From Candidatus Hydrogenedentota bacterium (lineage in GTDB: Bacteria > Hydrogenedentota > Hydrogenedentia > Hydrogenedentales > SLHB01), in NCBI GenBank assembly GCA_963668025.2, contig CAXXTH010000017.1, positions 32,001-96,000 on the forward strand: 64,000 nucleotides of DNA. The letters run 5' to 3'. The translations under genes were made by a program, and so were the position numbers. Below, piece by piece: positions 48,780 to 58,637 of this stretch (position 1 is its first letter; the number at the start of each line of letters is the position of its first letter). Under the pieces are notes generated by a model. It was not told the DNA's origin. It worked only from the letters and a program-made list of their open reading frames with translations, and did not search any database.

Positions 48780-50273
48780 ATGGAAGTATCAGACACGGAA
48801 GCATCGGGGCCCAAATATAAGGGCAGCCGGATAGAACAGAGCAACCGCGAGGTGGCCGAACTGGCCAGCCGCGAGTATAAATATGGCTGGGTGACGGATA
48901 TTGAATCCGATACCATCGAACGCGGGTTGAACGAGGACGTGGTCCGCCTGATCTCCCTGAAAAAGGAAGAGCCAGAATGGCTCCTCGAATGGCGATTGAA
49001 AGCCTTCCGCCATTGGCAGAGCATGCACGAGCCGAATTGGGCCAACGTCACGTATCCGCCTATTGATTACCAGCAGCAGCGCTACTATTCCGCACCCAAG
49101 AACAAGAAGCCAGGCTCCATGGGCGAAGTGGACGCGGAATTGCTCGAAACGTTCAACAAGCTGGGCATTCCGCTCGAGGAGCAGAAACGCTTAGCGGGCG
49201 TTGCGGTGGACGCGGTTTTCGACAGCGTATCCGTGGCCACGACCCACCAGGAAATTTTGTCGAAAAAAGGGGTCATTTTCTGCTCCTTTTCCGAAGCAGT
49301 GAAAAATCATCCAGACCTGGTGCAACAATACCTCGGCTCCGTGGTGCCTTATGGCGACAATTTTTTCGCGGCCCTCAATTCGGCGGTGTTCAGCGACGGG
49401 TCTTTCTGCTACATCCCGAAAGGCGTAAAATGCCCGATGGACCTGTCCACGTATTTCCGCATCAACGCCGCCGAGACAGGCCAATTCGAACGCACCCTCA
49501 TCATCGCAGAGGAAGGCGCTTCGGTGAACTATCTCGAGGGATGCACCGCACCCATGCGCGATGAAAACCAGCTTCACGCCGCCATCGTGGAATTGATCGC
49601 CATGGATGATGCAAGCATCAACTACTCGACGGTGCAGAATTGGTACGCGGGCGACGCGGAAGGCAAGGGCGGCATTTATAATTTCGTCACCAAGCGCGGC
49701 ATCTGCAAAGGCAGAAACTCGCATATCTCGTGGACCCAGGTCGAGACAGGCTCGTCCATTACGTGGAAATATCCGGGATGCATCTTGCAGGGTGACAATT
49801 CCGTGGGCGAATTTTATTCGGTGGCATTGAGCACCAAGCGCCAACAGGCCGATACGGGCACGAAGATGATCCATCTCGGCAAGAATACGCGAAGCACGGT
49901 CATCTCGAAAACCATCTCGGCGGCCCATGGGAATAACAGCTACCGGGGCCGGATTCAAGTGATGCCGAAGGCCGAGAATGCGCGTAATTACACGCAATGC
50001 GATTCGCTATTAATTGGCGATCAATGCGGCGCGCATACCTTTCCGTATATCGATGTGCGCAACCCAACGGCCAAAGTCGAGCACGAAGCCTCGACCTCCA
50101 AGATTAGTGACGACCAATTGTTTTACTGCAAGCAGCGGGGCATTGGCACCGAAGACGCCATTTCGATGGTGGTGAATGGATTTTGTAAGGAAGTATTCGA
50201 GCATTTGCCCATGGAGTTCGCCGTCGAGGCCACAAAACTGCTGGGCGTGAGTTTGGAAGGGAGTATCGGATAG
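48780..50273 (+). CDS. sufB: Fe-S cluster assembly protein SufB
   Basis: [25 protein letters not shown] and HEASTSKI motifs. Confidence 0.98.
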   Translation: MEVSDTEASGPKYKGSRIEQSNREVAELASREYKYGWVTDIESDTIERGLNEDVVRLISLKKEEPEWLLEWRLKAFRHWQSMHEPNWANVTYPPIDYQQQRYYSAPKNKKPGSMGEVDAELLETFNKLGIPLEEQKRLAGVAVDAVFDSVSVATTHQEILSKKGVIFCSFSEAVKNHPDLVQQYLGSVVPYGDNFFAALNSAVFSDGSFCYIPKGVKCPMDLSTYFRINAAETGQFERTLIIAEEGASVNYLEGCTAPMRDENQLHAAIVELIAMDDASINYSTVQNWYAGDAEGKGGIYNFVTKRGICKGRNSHISWTQVETGSSITWKYPGCILQGDNSVGEFYSVALSTKRQQADTGTKMIHLGKNTRSTVISKTISAAHGNNSYRGRIQVMPKAENARNYTQCDSLLIGDQCGAHTFPYIDVRNPTAKVEHEASTSKISDDQLFYCKQRGIGTEDAISMVVNGFCKEVFEHLPMEFAVEATKLLGVSLEGSIG

Positions 50274-51029
50274 ATGTTGGACATCCGTAATTTACATGCG
50301 TCCGTGGAAGGCAACGAAATTCTACGGGGTATCAGCCTCAAAGTGAATCCAGGCGAAGTACATGCCATCATGGGGCCGAACGGGTCAGGCAAGAGCACGC
50401 TGGCCCAAGTGCTCGCGGGCAACGAAGCGTATGAGGCCACGCAGGGCGAAGTCGAGTTCCTGGGTGAAAACCTACTTGAACTGCCTGCGGAAGAACGTGC
50501 GCGCCTGGGCTTGTTCCTGGCGTTTCAATATCCGATTGACATCCCCGGCATATCGAACGCCTATTTCCTGCAAGCCGGGTTAAACGAGATTCGTAAGAGC
50601 CACGGCCTCGAGGAACTCGATGCCCTCGAATTCCGGGAAATCCTGCAAGAGAAAATGCGCATGGTGGAAATAGACCCCAAGTTCGCCGAACGGCCCGTGA
50701 ATGACGGATTCTCCGGCGGTGAGAAAAAACGCAACGAAATCCTCCAGATGGCCGTGCTCGAGCCAAAGTTATGCATTCTCGACGAAACGGACTCGGGCCT
50801 GGATATCGACGCCTTGCGCATCGTGTCGGAAGGCGTCAATAAGTTGCGCGACGGCTCACGCGGATTCATCGTCGTGACGCATTACCAGCGTTTGCTCAAC
50901 TATATCGTGCCAGACGTGGTGCATGTGCTGTACAAGGGCCAGCTCGTCAAGACCGGCGGAAAGGAACTCGCCATGGAGCTTGAGGAAAAAGGATACGACT
51001 GGGTGAAAGCCGAATTGGCAGGCGTGTGA
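50274..51029 (+). CDS. sufC: Fe-S cluster assembly ATPase SufC
   Basis: [17 protein letters not shown] and LDETDSGLD motifs. Confidence 0.98.
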   Translation: MLDIRNLHASVEGNEILRGISLKVNPGEVHAIMGPNGSGKSTLAQVLAGNEAYEATQGEVEFLGENLLELPAEERARLGLFLAFQYPIDIPGISNAYFLQAGLNEIRKSHGLEELDALEFREILQEKMRMVEIDPKFAERPVNDGFSGGEKKRNEILQMAVLEPKLCILDETDSGLDIDALRIVSEGVNKLRDGSRGFIVVTHYQRLLNYIVPDVVHVLYKGQLVKTGGKELAMELEEKGYDWVKAELAGV

Positions 51030-51037
51030 TGAAAAGA

Positions 51038-51180
51038 TTTTTTAGACATGATTTACAAGATGGACGAGATTTTTAAAGATGGTGTTCAGTTAATGGATTT
51101 GGCGAAGAGATGAATCGTTTAGAATGAATCATTTGAAATTGCTCATCTTTGTCTTATCTTGTAAATCCTGTCCAAAAAAA
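51038..51180. repeat. Inverted-repeat unit 1, upstream of GxxExxY
   Basis: ttttttagacatgatttacaagatggacgagat ... atctttgtcttatcttgtaaatcctgtccaaaaaaa. Confidence 0.9.
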
Positions 51181-51193
51181 GAGAGATAGAACA

Positions 51194-51580
51194 GTGGACA
51201 TTAACGAGTTGACCAAGCTAGTGATTGGTTCCGCCTATACTGTCCATAATGTTTTGGGCCCCGGCTTTCTGGAGAAAGTATATGAAAACGCGCTTCTAGT
51301 CGAATTGTTGGAGATAGGGTTATCGGCAAAACAGCAGGCGGATATACCAGTTTACTATCGAGGGAAAAATGTCGGAGACTTTGTAGCGGACTTGGTTATC
51401 GAAGAAAGGCTTATTTTAGAACTGAAGGCCGTGCAATCTCTTTCCAAAGAGCATGAAGTCCAGTTGGTCAATTACCTCAACGCGACAGGAATTGAGAATG
51501 GATTGCTCATCAACTTCGGACCTTCTGTCACGGTAAAGCGTAAATTCCGCCGATATGAAGCAGTGGAAGACATCAGATAG
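51194..51580 (+). CDS. GxxExxY family protein (PD-(D/E)XK-like)
   Basis: LGPGFLEKVYENAL, ADLVIE..LELKAV, QLVNYL and GLLINFG motifs; GTG start. Confidence 0.93.
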   Translation: MDINELTKLVIGSAYTVHNVLGPGFLEKVYENALLVELLEIGLSAKQQADIPVYYRGKNVGDFVADLVIEERLILELKAVQSLSKEHEVQLVNYLNATGIENGLLINFGPSVTVKRKFRRYEAVEDIR

Positions 51581-51587
51581 GGTGGTG

Positions 51588-51767
51588 TTTTTTAGACATG
51601 ATTTACAAGATGAACAAGATTTCTGAAGATGGGAATCTTAGAAATGATATGGAGATAAGTGTTAGATAAAACATACAGTATGAATAATAAAATATGGACT
51701 AATGAGGATGCTGCAAGTAAAAATCTTAGATTTATCTTGTCCATCTTGTAAATCATGTCTAAAAAAA
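51588..51767. repeat. Inverted-repeat unit 2, downstream of GxxExxY
   Basis: ttttttagacatgatttacaagatgaacaagat ... atcttgtccatcttgtaaatcatgtctaaaaaa (32/33 complementary). Confidence 0.92.
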
Positions 51768-51791
51768 TGTTCAACCATATAGGTTAAGCCA

Positions 51792-53111
51792 ATGAGTCAA
51801 ACGGAAGTATCGAAAAGTGGTTATACCAACGCCCTAGATGCCGCGGTGTCGTTCGAGGCCCCCGAGTGGGCGCAATCGTTTCGCGCACAGTCACGCAAGC
51901 GGTTCGATTCGCTCGAATGGCCCCACCACAAGCTCGAGGCGTGGCGTTTCACCAATGTGAATCCCATTGTGCGCACGCCGTTTCAATCGCTTCTTGAGCC
52001 TACCGCGCACAAACTGTCACGCGCGGATATCGCCCCGTGGCTGTTCGGCGAAGCGGACTGGACGGAGCTGGTGTTCGTGGACGGGTTTTACGCCCCCGAG
52101 CTGTCACGCATACCGGATACGGCGAAAGGTTTGCGCGTATCTTCGCTCCGCCAGGCCCTATCAACAGACAGCTCGCTGGCGCGCGGGCAATTGGGCGTAT
52201 GCCTCAATTGCGGTGCAGGCGTGTTCGCCGCGCTAAATGGCGCGTTCACCCTGGATGGGGCTGTCGTGCATATCGAGCCGCATGCATCCATCGCGGTGCC
52301 CGTGCATGTGCTGTACATCAGCATGGGGCGCGATGAACCTACGGCCCGCCATCCGCGCAATCTGGTGCTGGCCGATGAAGACAGCGAGGCCACGCTCATC
52401 GAGCATTATGTAGACCTAAACTCGGGCCAGCCCTATTTTAACAATGCGGCAAGCGAACTCCAGTTGGCGGACTCGGCGCGATTGTGTTATGCCAAGCTGC
52501 TCGAGGAGGGCCCGCAAGGGTATCATATGGCCACGACGGCGGTGCGCCAGGCGCGTTCGAGCGTGTTTACGGCATTTTCGTTCGCTTTGGGCGGCCAAAT
52601 CACCCGCAACGAAATATCCGTCCGCCTCGAAGGCGAGGGCGCGGAATGCGGCCTTCATGGCTTATACTTGGCCGATGAAGGCCAGCTCGTGGACCATGCG
52701 CTCTCCATCGAACACTTGGCTCCCCGATGTACGAGCCGCATCCACTGCAAAGGCGTGCTCGATGGCAAGAGCCATGCGGTCTTTAGCGGGCGCGTTTACG
52801 TCCATCGCGGCGCACAGAAGACGGACTCGAAGCAGCTCAATCAAAATCTGCTTCGCTCCGACAAAGCCATGGTGGACACGAAGCCGTTGCTCGAAATTTT
52901 CGCGGATGACGTGCAATGCACCCACGGGGCCACCGTGGGCCAGCCGCCAGACGAACAGATCTTCTACTTCCAGACACGCGGCATGAGCCGCGCCATGGCC
53001 ATCGGCATGCTGGCTTATGGTTTCGCCGATGAGGTGGTCCAGGAAGCGCCTATTGCGCGCCTGCGGGAACGCCTGGATAAGCATGTGTTTGACAAATATA
53101 GCCCGAAATGA
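51792..53111 (+). CDS. sufD: Fe-S cluster assembly protein SufD
   Basis: EAWRFT and KPLLEIFADDVQCTHGATVG motifs. Confidence 0.96.
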   Translation: MSQTEVSKSGYTNALDAAVSFEAPEWAQSFRAQSRKRFDSLEWPHHKLEAWRFTNVNPIVRTPFQSLLEPTAHKLSRADIAPWLFGEADWTELVFVDGFYAPELSRIPDTAKGLRVSSLRQALSTDSSLARGQLGVCLNCGAGVFAALNGAFTLDGAVVHIEPHASIAVPVHVLYISMGRDEPTARHPRNLVLADEDSEATLIEHYVDLNSGQPYFNNAASELQLADSARLCYAKLLEEGPQGYHMATTAVRQARSSVFTAFSFALGGQITRNEISVRLEGEGAECGLHGLYLADEGQLVDHALSIEHLAPRCTSRIHCKGVLDGKSHAVFSGRVYVHRGAQKTDSKQLNQNLLRSDKAMVDTKPLLEIFADDVQCTHGATVGQPPDEQIFYFQTRGMSRAMAIGMLAYGFADEVVQEAPIARLRERLDKHVFDKYSPK

Positions 53112-53117
53112 GGCAGG

Positions 53118-54395
53118 ATGATGGGCGTGATTATAGAAACAAAAAAACAGACTATTCCCCGGCCGCGCTCCCTCTCGGAAGCGGATGTCGAACGCATCCG
53201 GTCGGAATTCCCTATATTGGGATACCTCAAGGACGGCAAGCCGATCATTTATCTCGACAACGCCGCCACGAGCCAGAAACCCCATCGGGTGCTCTGCGCC
53301 CTAGATAAATACTATCGGACGCAGAACGCCAATGTACACCGGGGCGTGCATTTTTTGAGCAGCATCGCCACGGACGCCTATGAATGCGCGCGGAAAAAAG
53401 TCGAGCGGTTTATCAATGCGCGGCTTTCCTGCGAGATTATTTTCACGCGAGGCACGACCGAGGGCATCAATCTGGTCGCCCATAGCTTTGGGCGCAAGCA
53501 CGTGGGGCCAGGAGATGAAGTGCTCATTTCCTATATGGAGCACCACTCGAACATCGTGCCGTGGCAGATCCTGTGCGAACAGCAAGGTGCGAAACTGCGC
53601 GTGATCCCCATGACGCCGCAAGGCGAACTCATCATGGAGGAATACGAACGCCTGCTGAATCCCCGCACGAAAATCGTGGCGGTGACGCACGTATCGAACG
53701 CCCTCGGCACGATCAACCCGATAAAAGAGATGGTGCGCATGGCGCATGCCCAAGGCGTTCCATTCCTTGTCGATGGCGCGCAATCCACGCCCCATCTCCC
53801 GATAGACGTGCAGGATTTGGGTTGCGATTTCTTTGCCCTATCAGGCCACAAGATGTGCGGCCCCACGGGCATTGGCGTTCTTTATGGCCGCGCGGAACAC
53901 CTCGAAACGATGCCGCCTTATCAAAGCGGCGGCGACATGATCTTGTCCGTGAGTTTCGAGAAGACCATCTACAACTCCTTGCCCTTTAAATTTGAGGCCG
54001 GCACACCTGATATTTCGGGCGCTATCGGCCTTGGCGCGGCTATCGAATATTTGAACAGCATCGGCATGGACCGCATCGCCGCATACGAAGAAGAATTGGT
54101 GCGCTACGGGACCGAGCTGCTGTCCTCGATAGAGGGCGTCCATTTGATTGGAACCGCCGCGCACAAAGCGGGCGTGCTTTCGTTTGTGATGGACGCGGCC
54201 CATCCCCATGACATCGGCCAGATATTGGACGATGAAGCCATCGCCGTACGTGCGGGCCACCATTGCGCCCAGCCCGTCATGGAATTTTACGGCGTGCCCG
54301 CCACCGCGCGCGCGTCGCTGGCCTTTTACAACACCAAACAGGAGCTTGACGCCCTGGCCGCGGGGCTTCAGAAAGTGAAAGAGATTTTCGACTGA
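53118..54395 (+). CDS. sufS: Cysteine desulfurase SufS
   Basis: YLDNAATSQKP, SGHK and RAGHHCAQP motifs. Confidence 0.97.
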   Translation: MMGVIIETKKQTIPRPRSLSEADVERIRSEFPILGYLKDGKPIIYLDNAATSQKPHRVLCALDKYYRTQNANVHRGVHFLSSIATDAYECARKKVERFINARLSCEIIFTRGTTEGINLVAHSFGRKHVGPGDEVLISYMEHHSNIVPWQILCEQQGAKLRVIPMTPQGELIMEEYERLLNPRTKIVAVTHVSNALGTINPIKEMVRMAHAQGVPFLVDGAQSTPHLPIDVQDLGCDFFALSGHKMCGPTGIGVLYGRAEHLETMPPYQSGGDMILSVSFEKTIYNSLPFKFEAGTPDISGAIGLGAAIEYLNSIGMDRIAAYEEELVRYGTELLSSIEGVHLIGTAAHKAGVLSFVMDAAHPHDIGQILDDEAIAVRAGHHCAQPVMEFYGVPATARASLAFYNTKQELDALAAGLQKVKEIFD

Positions 54396-54850
54396 TGAGC
54401 AGCAACCGGGCACTATACGAACAGGTCATCCTCGAGCACAATAAGAAGCCGCGCAATTTCCGCGAGATGCCTGAGGCGACCTGTAAAGCCAAAGGGCTAA
54501 ACCCGCTGTGCGGGGATCATTTCACGATCTACCTCAAGCTCAATGGTGATGTGATTGAGGACGTGAGCTTCCATGGCGCGGGATGCGCCATCTCGAAATC
54601 CTCCGCGTCCGTCATGACCACCCTGCTCAAAGGAAAGACCAAGGCGGAGGCGGAAGCCCTGTTCGTCAAGTTCCATTCCATGATCACCGCCAATCCCGAA
54701 GACATCATCGACGAAGAAAAACTCGGCCGCATAGCCGCCTTCGCGGGGGTCCGCGAGTTTCCCGTGCGCATCAAATGCGCCACCCTCGCCTGGCACGCCA
54801 TGCTCTCCGCCATTGATGGCAAAGGCGAGGAATCCACCAGCACGGAGTAG
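54395..54850 (+). CDS. sufU: SUF system NifU-like protein
   Basis: NPLCGD, GCAIS and RIKCATLAW motifs. Confidence 0.96.
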   Translation: MSSNRALYEQVILEHNKKPRNFREMPEATCKAKGLNPLCGDHFTIYLKLNGDVIEDVSFHGAGCAISKSSASVMTTLLKGKTKAEAEALFVKFHSMITANPEDIIDEEKLGRIAAFAGVREFPVRIKCATLAWHAMLSAIDGKGEESTSTE

Positions 54851-54995
54851 ATGATTTGCGACAAGGTCCACACAGAGATGCAGACCTTTAGGAGGTATAG
54901 TAAGCCCGTGACTAGTTATGTATTTATCTAGTAAATTTGGCCGTTCTTGTTGGGGGACCGAATTGGGCTATCCACCGAAAGACGCGGGGGCTAAC

Positions 54996-55643
54996 ATGCA
55001 AAATGTATCCAGAGATATTATAGAAATTCTGCAGTATCTTCTGCCTGGGTTCGTTTGCGCATGGGTCTATTATGGTCTGACTTCACATAAAAAACCTTCT
55101 GAATTTGAGCGTGTAGTGCAAGCATTGATCTTTACTTTAATGATTCAGTCTTTGGTTTTTATAGAATCAATGGCGCTTTTCTGCATCGGGAAGCACACTA
55201 TCATTCTTGGTTCTTGGAGTACGAAAGTAGAATTGGTGAATGTGACAGTATTAGCCATAGTGTTCGGGGGAACGATGGCTTTCTTTGTCAATAATGACAT
55301 TCTACACGGAATCGCGCGGAAACTCCGAGTTACCCAAGAGACATCATTCCCCTCCAACTGGTTCCACGCGTTCTGCACTCACAGAACACCATATATTGTA
55401 CTTCATTTGGTTGACGAAAGGCGTGTATATGGACTGCCATATGAATGGCCATCGGATCCAGCAGAAGGCCATTTCGTTATAACAAATCCTTTTTGGTTAA
55501 CCGACAATACGGATCTAATCGATGGTAAGGAAGATAGAAGTGAAATGAGAAAGATGTCTGGTGTAGAATCGATATTGATAAACGTCAAAGACGTGAAATG
55601 GGTAGAGTTCATGGAAGCTACGGAGAGTAACAATGGGACATAA
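54996..55643 (+). CDS. DUF6338-like membrane protein; AT-rich insertion
   Basis: LLPGF motif, three TM helices, beta-rich C-terminus (LHLVDERRVYG..EWP, ILINVKDVKWVEF). Confidence 0.75.
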   Translation: MQNVSRDIIEILQYLLPGFVCAWVYYGLTSHKKPSEFERVVQALIFTLMIQSLVFIESMALFCIGKHTIILGSWSTKVELVNVTVLAIVFGGTMAFFVNNDILHGIARKLRVTQETSFPSNWFHAFCTHRTPYIVLHLVDERRVYGLPYEWPSDPAEGHFVITNPFWLTDNTDLIDGKEDRSEMRKMSGVESILINVKDVKWVEFMEATESNNGT

Positions 55644-55755
55644 GGTGCCGAACAAATTGCCGGGCAGAGGACTCAATGAAGGGATCAATGTCCCTTCCGC
55701 CCCTCCCCCTCCGCCGCCGCCGCCTCCGCCTCCTGCACCGCCCCAAAAGGGTTGA
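55633..55755 (+). CDS. 40-aa poly-proline peptide (not in ORF track)
   Basis: MGHKVPNKLPGRGLNEGINVPSAPPPPPPPPPPPAPPQKG*; GGAG RBS; overlaps the upstream stop; Pro codons are mixed (CCT/CCC/CCG). Confidence 0.6.
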   Translation: MGHKVPNKLPGRGLNEGINVPSAPPPPPPPPPPPAPPQKG

Positions 55756-56052
55756 GTCGGTTCAGAATCAGACTCACAAAAGGGTAAGATGCTCCAGAAG
55801 ATGGGAATTGTTATGCCTATTTTACTTCTGTAAGTAAGTCAATATACGAAGATGGACAAACGGCGTACATGCTATATTGCTCAAAAAAGAATACTCATTG
55901 TAGTTGATAGTACCTATCAACCAGCATATCGAGTCAGCATCCCGTCTTTTCCTTTTTTGACGTAGCCTTTCGCGGATGCTAGCATGGCTCCTCGCGCGTG
56001 GTAGCGTACAATTTATCAAACGATATCTGAAGAGCCATAAGGACTTATCGTC

Positions 56053-57114
56053 ATGACGACTGCCACGGCCATCCAGCAGGCGGCGACCCTCGAGGAAACG
56101 CGGGCGCTGATGATTGCTAAACTAAACCGCTTCATGCCGGAAGCGGAGATTACGCTCAAGGCTGAACTGGCCTTCGAGATCAACCGCCTCAAACGGGAAC
56201 GCAACGCGGTGATCCTCGGCCACAATTACATGGAGCCCGCGCTGTATGCGTCCGTGCCGGATTATATGGGCGATTCCCTCGAATTATCGCGCATTTCCGC
56301 GTCCACTAGCGCTGATATCATCGTATTCTGCGGTGTCCAGTTCATGGCCGAAACCGCCAAAGTGCTCAGCCCCGGGAAGACCGTCCTCATTCCCGCCGAG
56401 AAGGCGGGCTGCTCGCTGGCGGAAGGCATTAGCGTCGAAGAGGTGCGCACGCTCAAGCAGCGGTATCCGGGAGCGCCGGTGGTCAGCTACGTAAACACCT
56501 ATGCCGATGTGAAAGCCGAATCCGATTATTGCTGCACCTCGGGCAATGCGGGCGCGGTGGTCCGCCATCTGCTTGATAAGGGGCATCAACACATCATCTT
56601 CCTGCCCGACGAATATCTCGCGCGCAATACGGCTCTCGAACTGGGCATTGCATTCGTGCAAGGCTGGGCGGGCGAAGCTGTCGGCGCGGAACGCGCCATC
56701 ATTGGCTGGAACGCCCACTGTGAAGTCCACGAATTGTTCACGGTGGATGATGTCCGCACGGTGCGCCGCCAATTCCCCGAGGTGACCATTCTCGCCCATC
56801 CCGAGTGCAAGCCGGAAGTAATTGCCGAAGTGGATGTCTCCGGCAGCACGAAGAAAATGCTCGAATATATCCGGCAATCGGACGCCCAGCAATTCATGCT
56901 GCTCACGGAATGCAGCATGGGCGACAACATCGCCGCCGAGAGTCCGGACAAAGACATGCTGCGCTTGTGCAGCCATCGCTGCCCGTACATGGCGCTTATT
57001 ACGCTCGAAGACACCCTGGATGCACTGCGGAATACGCAGTACCAAATCGAGCTGCCCAGCGCGATCATCGAGCGCGCCCGCAAGCCGATTGACCGCATGC
57101 TATCGATTGGCTGA
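56053..57114 (+). CDS. nadA: Quinolinate synthase A
   Basis: GHNY, FCGVQFMAE, AGCSLA, YVNT, AHPEC and CPYM motifs. Confidence 0.97.
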   Translation: MTTATAIQQAATLEETRALMIAKLNRFMPEAEITLKAELAFEINRLKRERNAVILGHNYMEPALYASVPDYMGDSLELSRISASTSADIIVFCGVQFMAETAKVLSPGKTVLIPAEKAGCSLAEGISVEEVRTLKQRYPGAPVVSYVNTYADVKAESDYCCTSGNAGAVVRHLLDKGHQHIIFLPDEYLARNTALELGIAFVQGWAGEAVGAERAIIGWNAHCEVHELFTVDDVRTVRRQFPEVTILAHPECKPEVIAEVDVSGSTKKMLEYIRQSDAQQFMLLTECSMGDNIAAESPDKDMLRLCSHRCPYMALITLEDTLDALRNTQYQIELPSAIIERARKPIDRMLSIG

Positions 57115-57123
57115 AAACGGCGG

Positions 57124-57948
57124 TCATGCGTTCTCGGATGCGTCCCACGCGGCGGGATCGAGCTGGTAATACGCGCGGAGGCCCGCATACACCTTGGGAT
57201 GCTCCGCGCGGAGCAGGCGCGGTTTCTCGAAGAAGGCCTCGGTGGATACCGCGATGAACTCGGCGGGATCCGTGGCGGCGTATGCGTCCAGCATCTCGTG
57301 GGAAAACCGCCCGGCGTGCGTGCAGAAAGCCTCGTACTCGTTCCGCATGCGTTTCGCCCATTCGCCCAAAGGGCCATCTTCTTCGAATAGCGAAGCGCCC
57401 GTTTCCTCATCGAGCTGGTGGGCGAATTCATGCAGCGCGACATTGGTTCCATCCTGAATAGTGGTGTTGGTGCGTTGCACCTCGTCCCATGCCATCACCA
57501 CCGCGCCACTCCGCCAGGATTCGCCCAAGATCTCCTCGTCTCCATCTTCATGCATACCCGCCAGGCCTGCGGTGCGCTCCGCGAAGGCATGTGGATATAC
57601 CAGAATCGAATATAAGCCAGGGTAATCTGTTGGCTCGCGGTTGAGTTCGAGCAGGCAGGCATGGGCGGCGATGGTCACGCGGCTTTCGTCCGTGAGGGTG
57701 AATCCGCCGCAGCCTTCAAACGATTTCCCGGCAAGAAAAAGCAGTATCCGCTGATGCAGGCGTGGACGCAGTTCCGCTGGCATGCACGCATACGCCGTCA
57801 GGTTGCGCTCCAGGATGGCCTCCCACTCGAGTGGGAAAGGAGCGCCGAACGCCCGCTTCCGCGCCTTTCTGCGTTTCAACCATTCAGTAAGCAGGATATA
57901 CGCCATCCATCCCACAAGCAGTACAAAAGCGGAGAATACAAAAAGCAC
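57124..57948 (-). CDS. M90 family zinc peptidase (MtfA-like)
   Basis: NVALHEFAHQLD and YAATDPAEFIAVSTEAFFE motifs. Confidence 0.92.
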   Translation of the reverse strand: MLFVFSAFVLLVGWMAYILLTEWLKRRKARKRAFGAPFPLEWEAILERNLTAYACMPAELRPRLHQRILLFLAGKSFEGCGGFTLTDESRVTIAAHACLLELNREPTDYPGLYSILVYPHAFAERTAGLAGMHEDGDEEILGESWRSGAVVMAWDEVQRTNTTIQDGTNVALHEFAHQLDEETGASLFEEDGPLGEWAKRMRNEYEAFCTHAGRFSHEMLDAYAATDPAEFIAVSTEAFFEKPRLLRAEHPKVYAGLRAYYQLDPAAWDASENA

Positions 57949-58025
57949 GACGCGTTCTCCCTACATGTCAACAAGCTGGCTGCTTGTATGTTCATGTATG
58001 TTCTCGAGAATTTCATCTCGGGCGC

Positions 58026-58637
58026 TTACAGTAATCCAACGCAAAGCGCCGTGGCTAACGCGGCCACTTCATCCGTGCTATAGACGCCGCCTATCGCTTT
58101 ATCGTAAAGCAGATCCATGGTGGCGGGGAATTCCTCGTCGCCGCTCCGGTACACAAGCGTGACATCGATTCGCCCGATGGCGTGGATGCGCGCGCTGGCG
58201 TCGCCTATATCGTGAGGCTCATGGGGATAACGCGCTAAAGCCTCCCGTAGGCGTTCCGTGTCGTTTCCATATGTCTTCAACAACATTTCCGTGGTGCGCT
58301 GGGCGAGGGCGGAAACGTAAAACAATCCGCCGGGCAAATCACGGAAGGTGATGTCCTCATCCAAGGGGCGCACTTCCCGCTCCGTTTCGAGATAACGTAA
58401 AATCAAGTATGCCGTGGTGGCCGAGACTTTTTTCCCGTCGTCCGCCGTGATATCGAGCGAACCGGGAGCAACGTGCAGTTTCCGGCCCAGAAAAACGGCC
58501 TCGATGCGGCCATTCGCATCGAGCACTAATCCGCCACGTGCCGCCGCGCGGGGCAAATCCACGTTAGCCATGCGCTCGCGCAGCCGTTCGAGGGCCTCCT
58601 GCTTAGCCTCCGCCTGGTAATTGGGGGGATGATTCAT
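58026..58637 (-). CDS. DUF3786 domain protein
   Basis: LILRYL, ITFRDLPGGLFY and GDEEFPA motifs; ATGA overlap with the upstream gene. Confidence 0.85.
   Translation of the reverse strand: MNHPPNYQAEAKQEALERLRERMANVDLPRAAARGGLVLDANGRIEAVFLGRKLHVAPGSLDITADDGKKVSATTAYLILRYLETEREVRPLDEDITFRDLPGGLFYVSALAQRTTEMLLKTYGNDTERLREALARYPHEPHDIGDASARIHAIGRIDVTLVYRSGDEEFPATMDLLYDKAIGGVYSTDEVAALATALCVGLL

Noticed and set aside
51038-51767. CRISPR array interpretation of the ~33-bp repeats
   Set aside because: Copies alternate in orientation, spacers are about 70-110 nt or a whole gene, and no cas genes are present.
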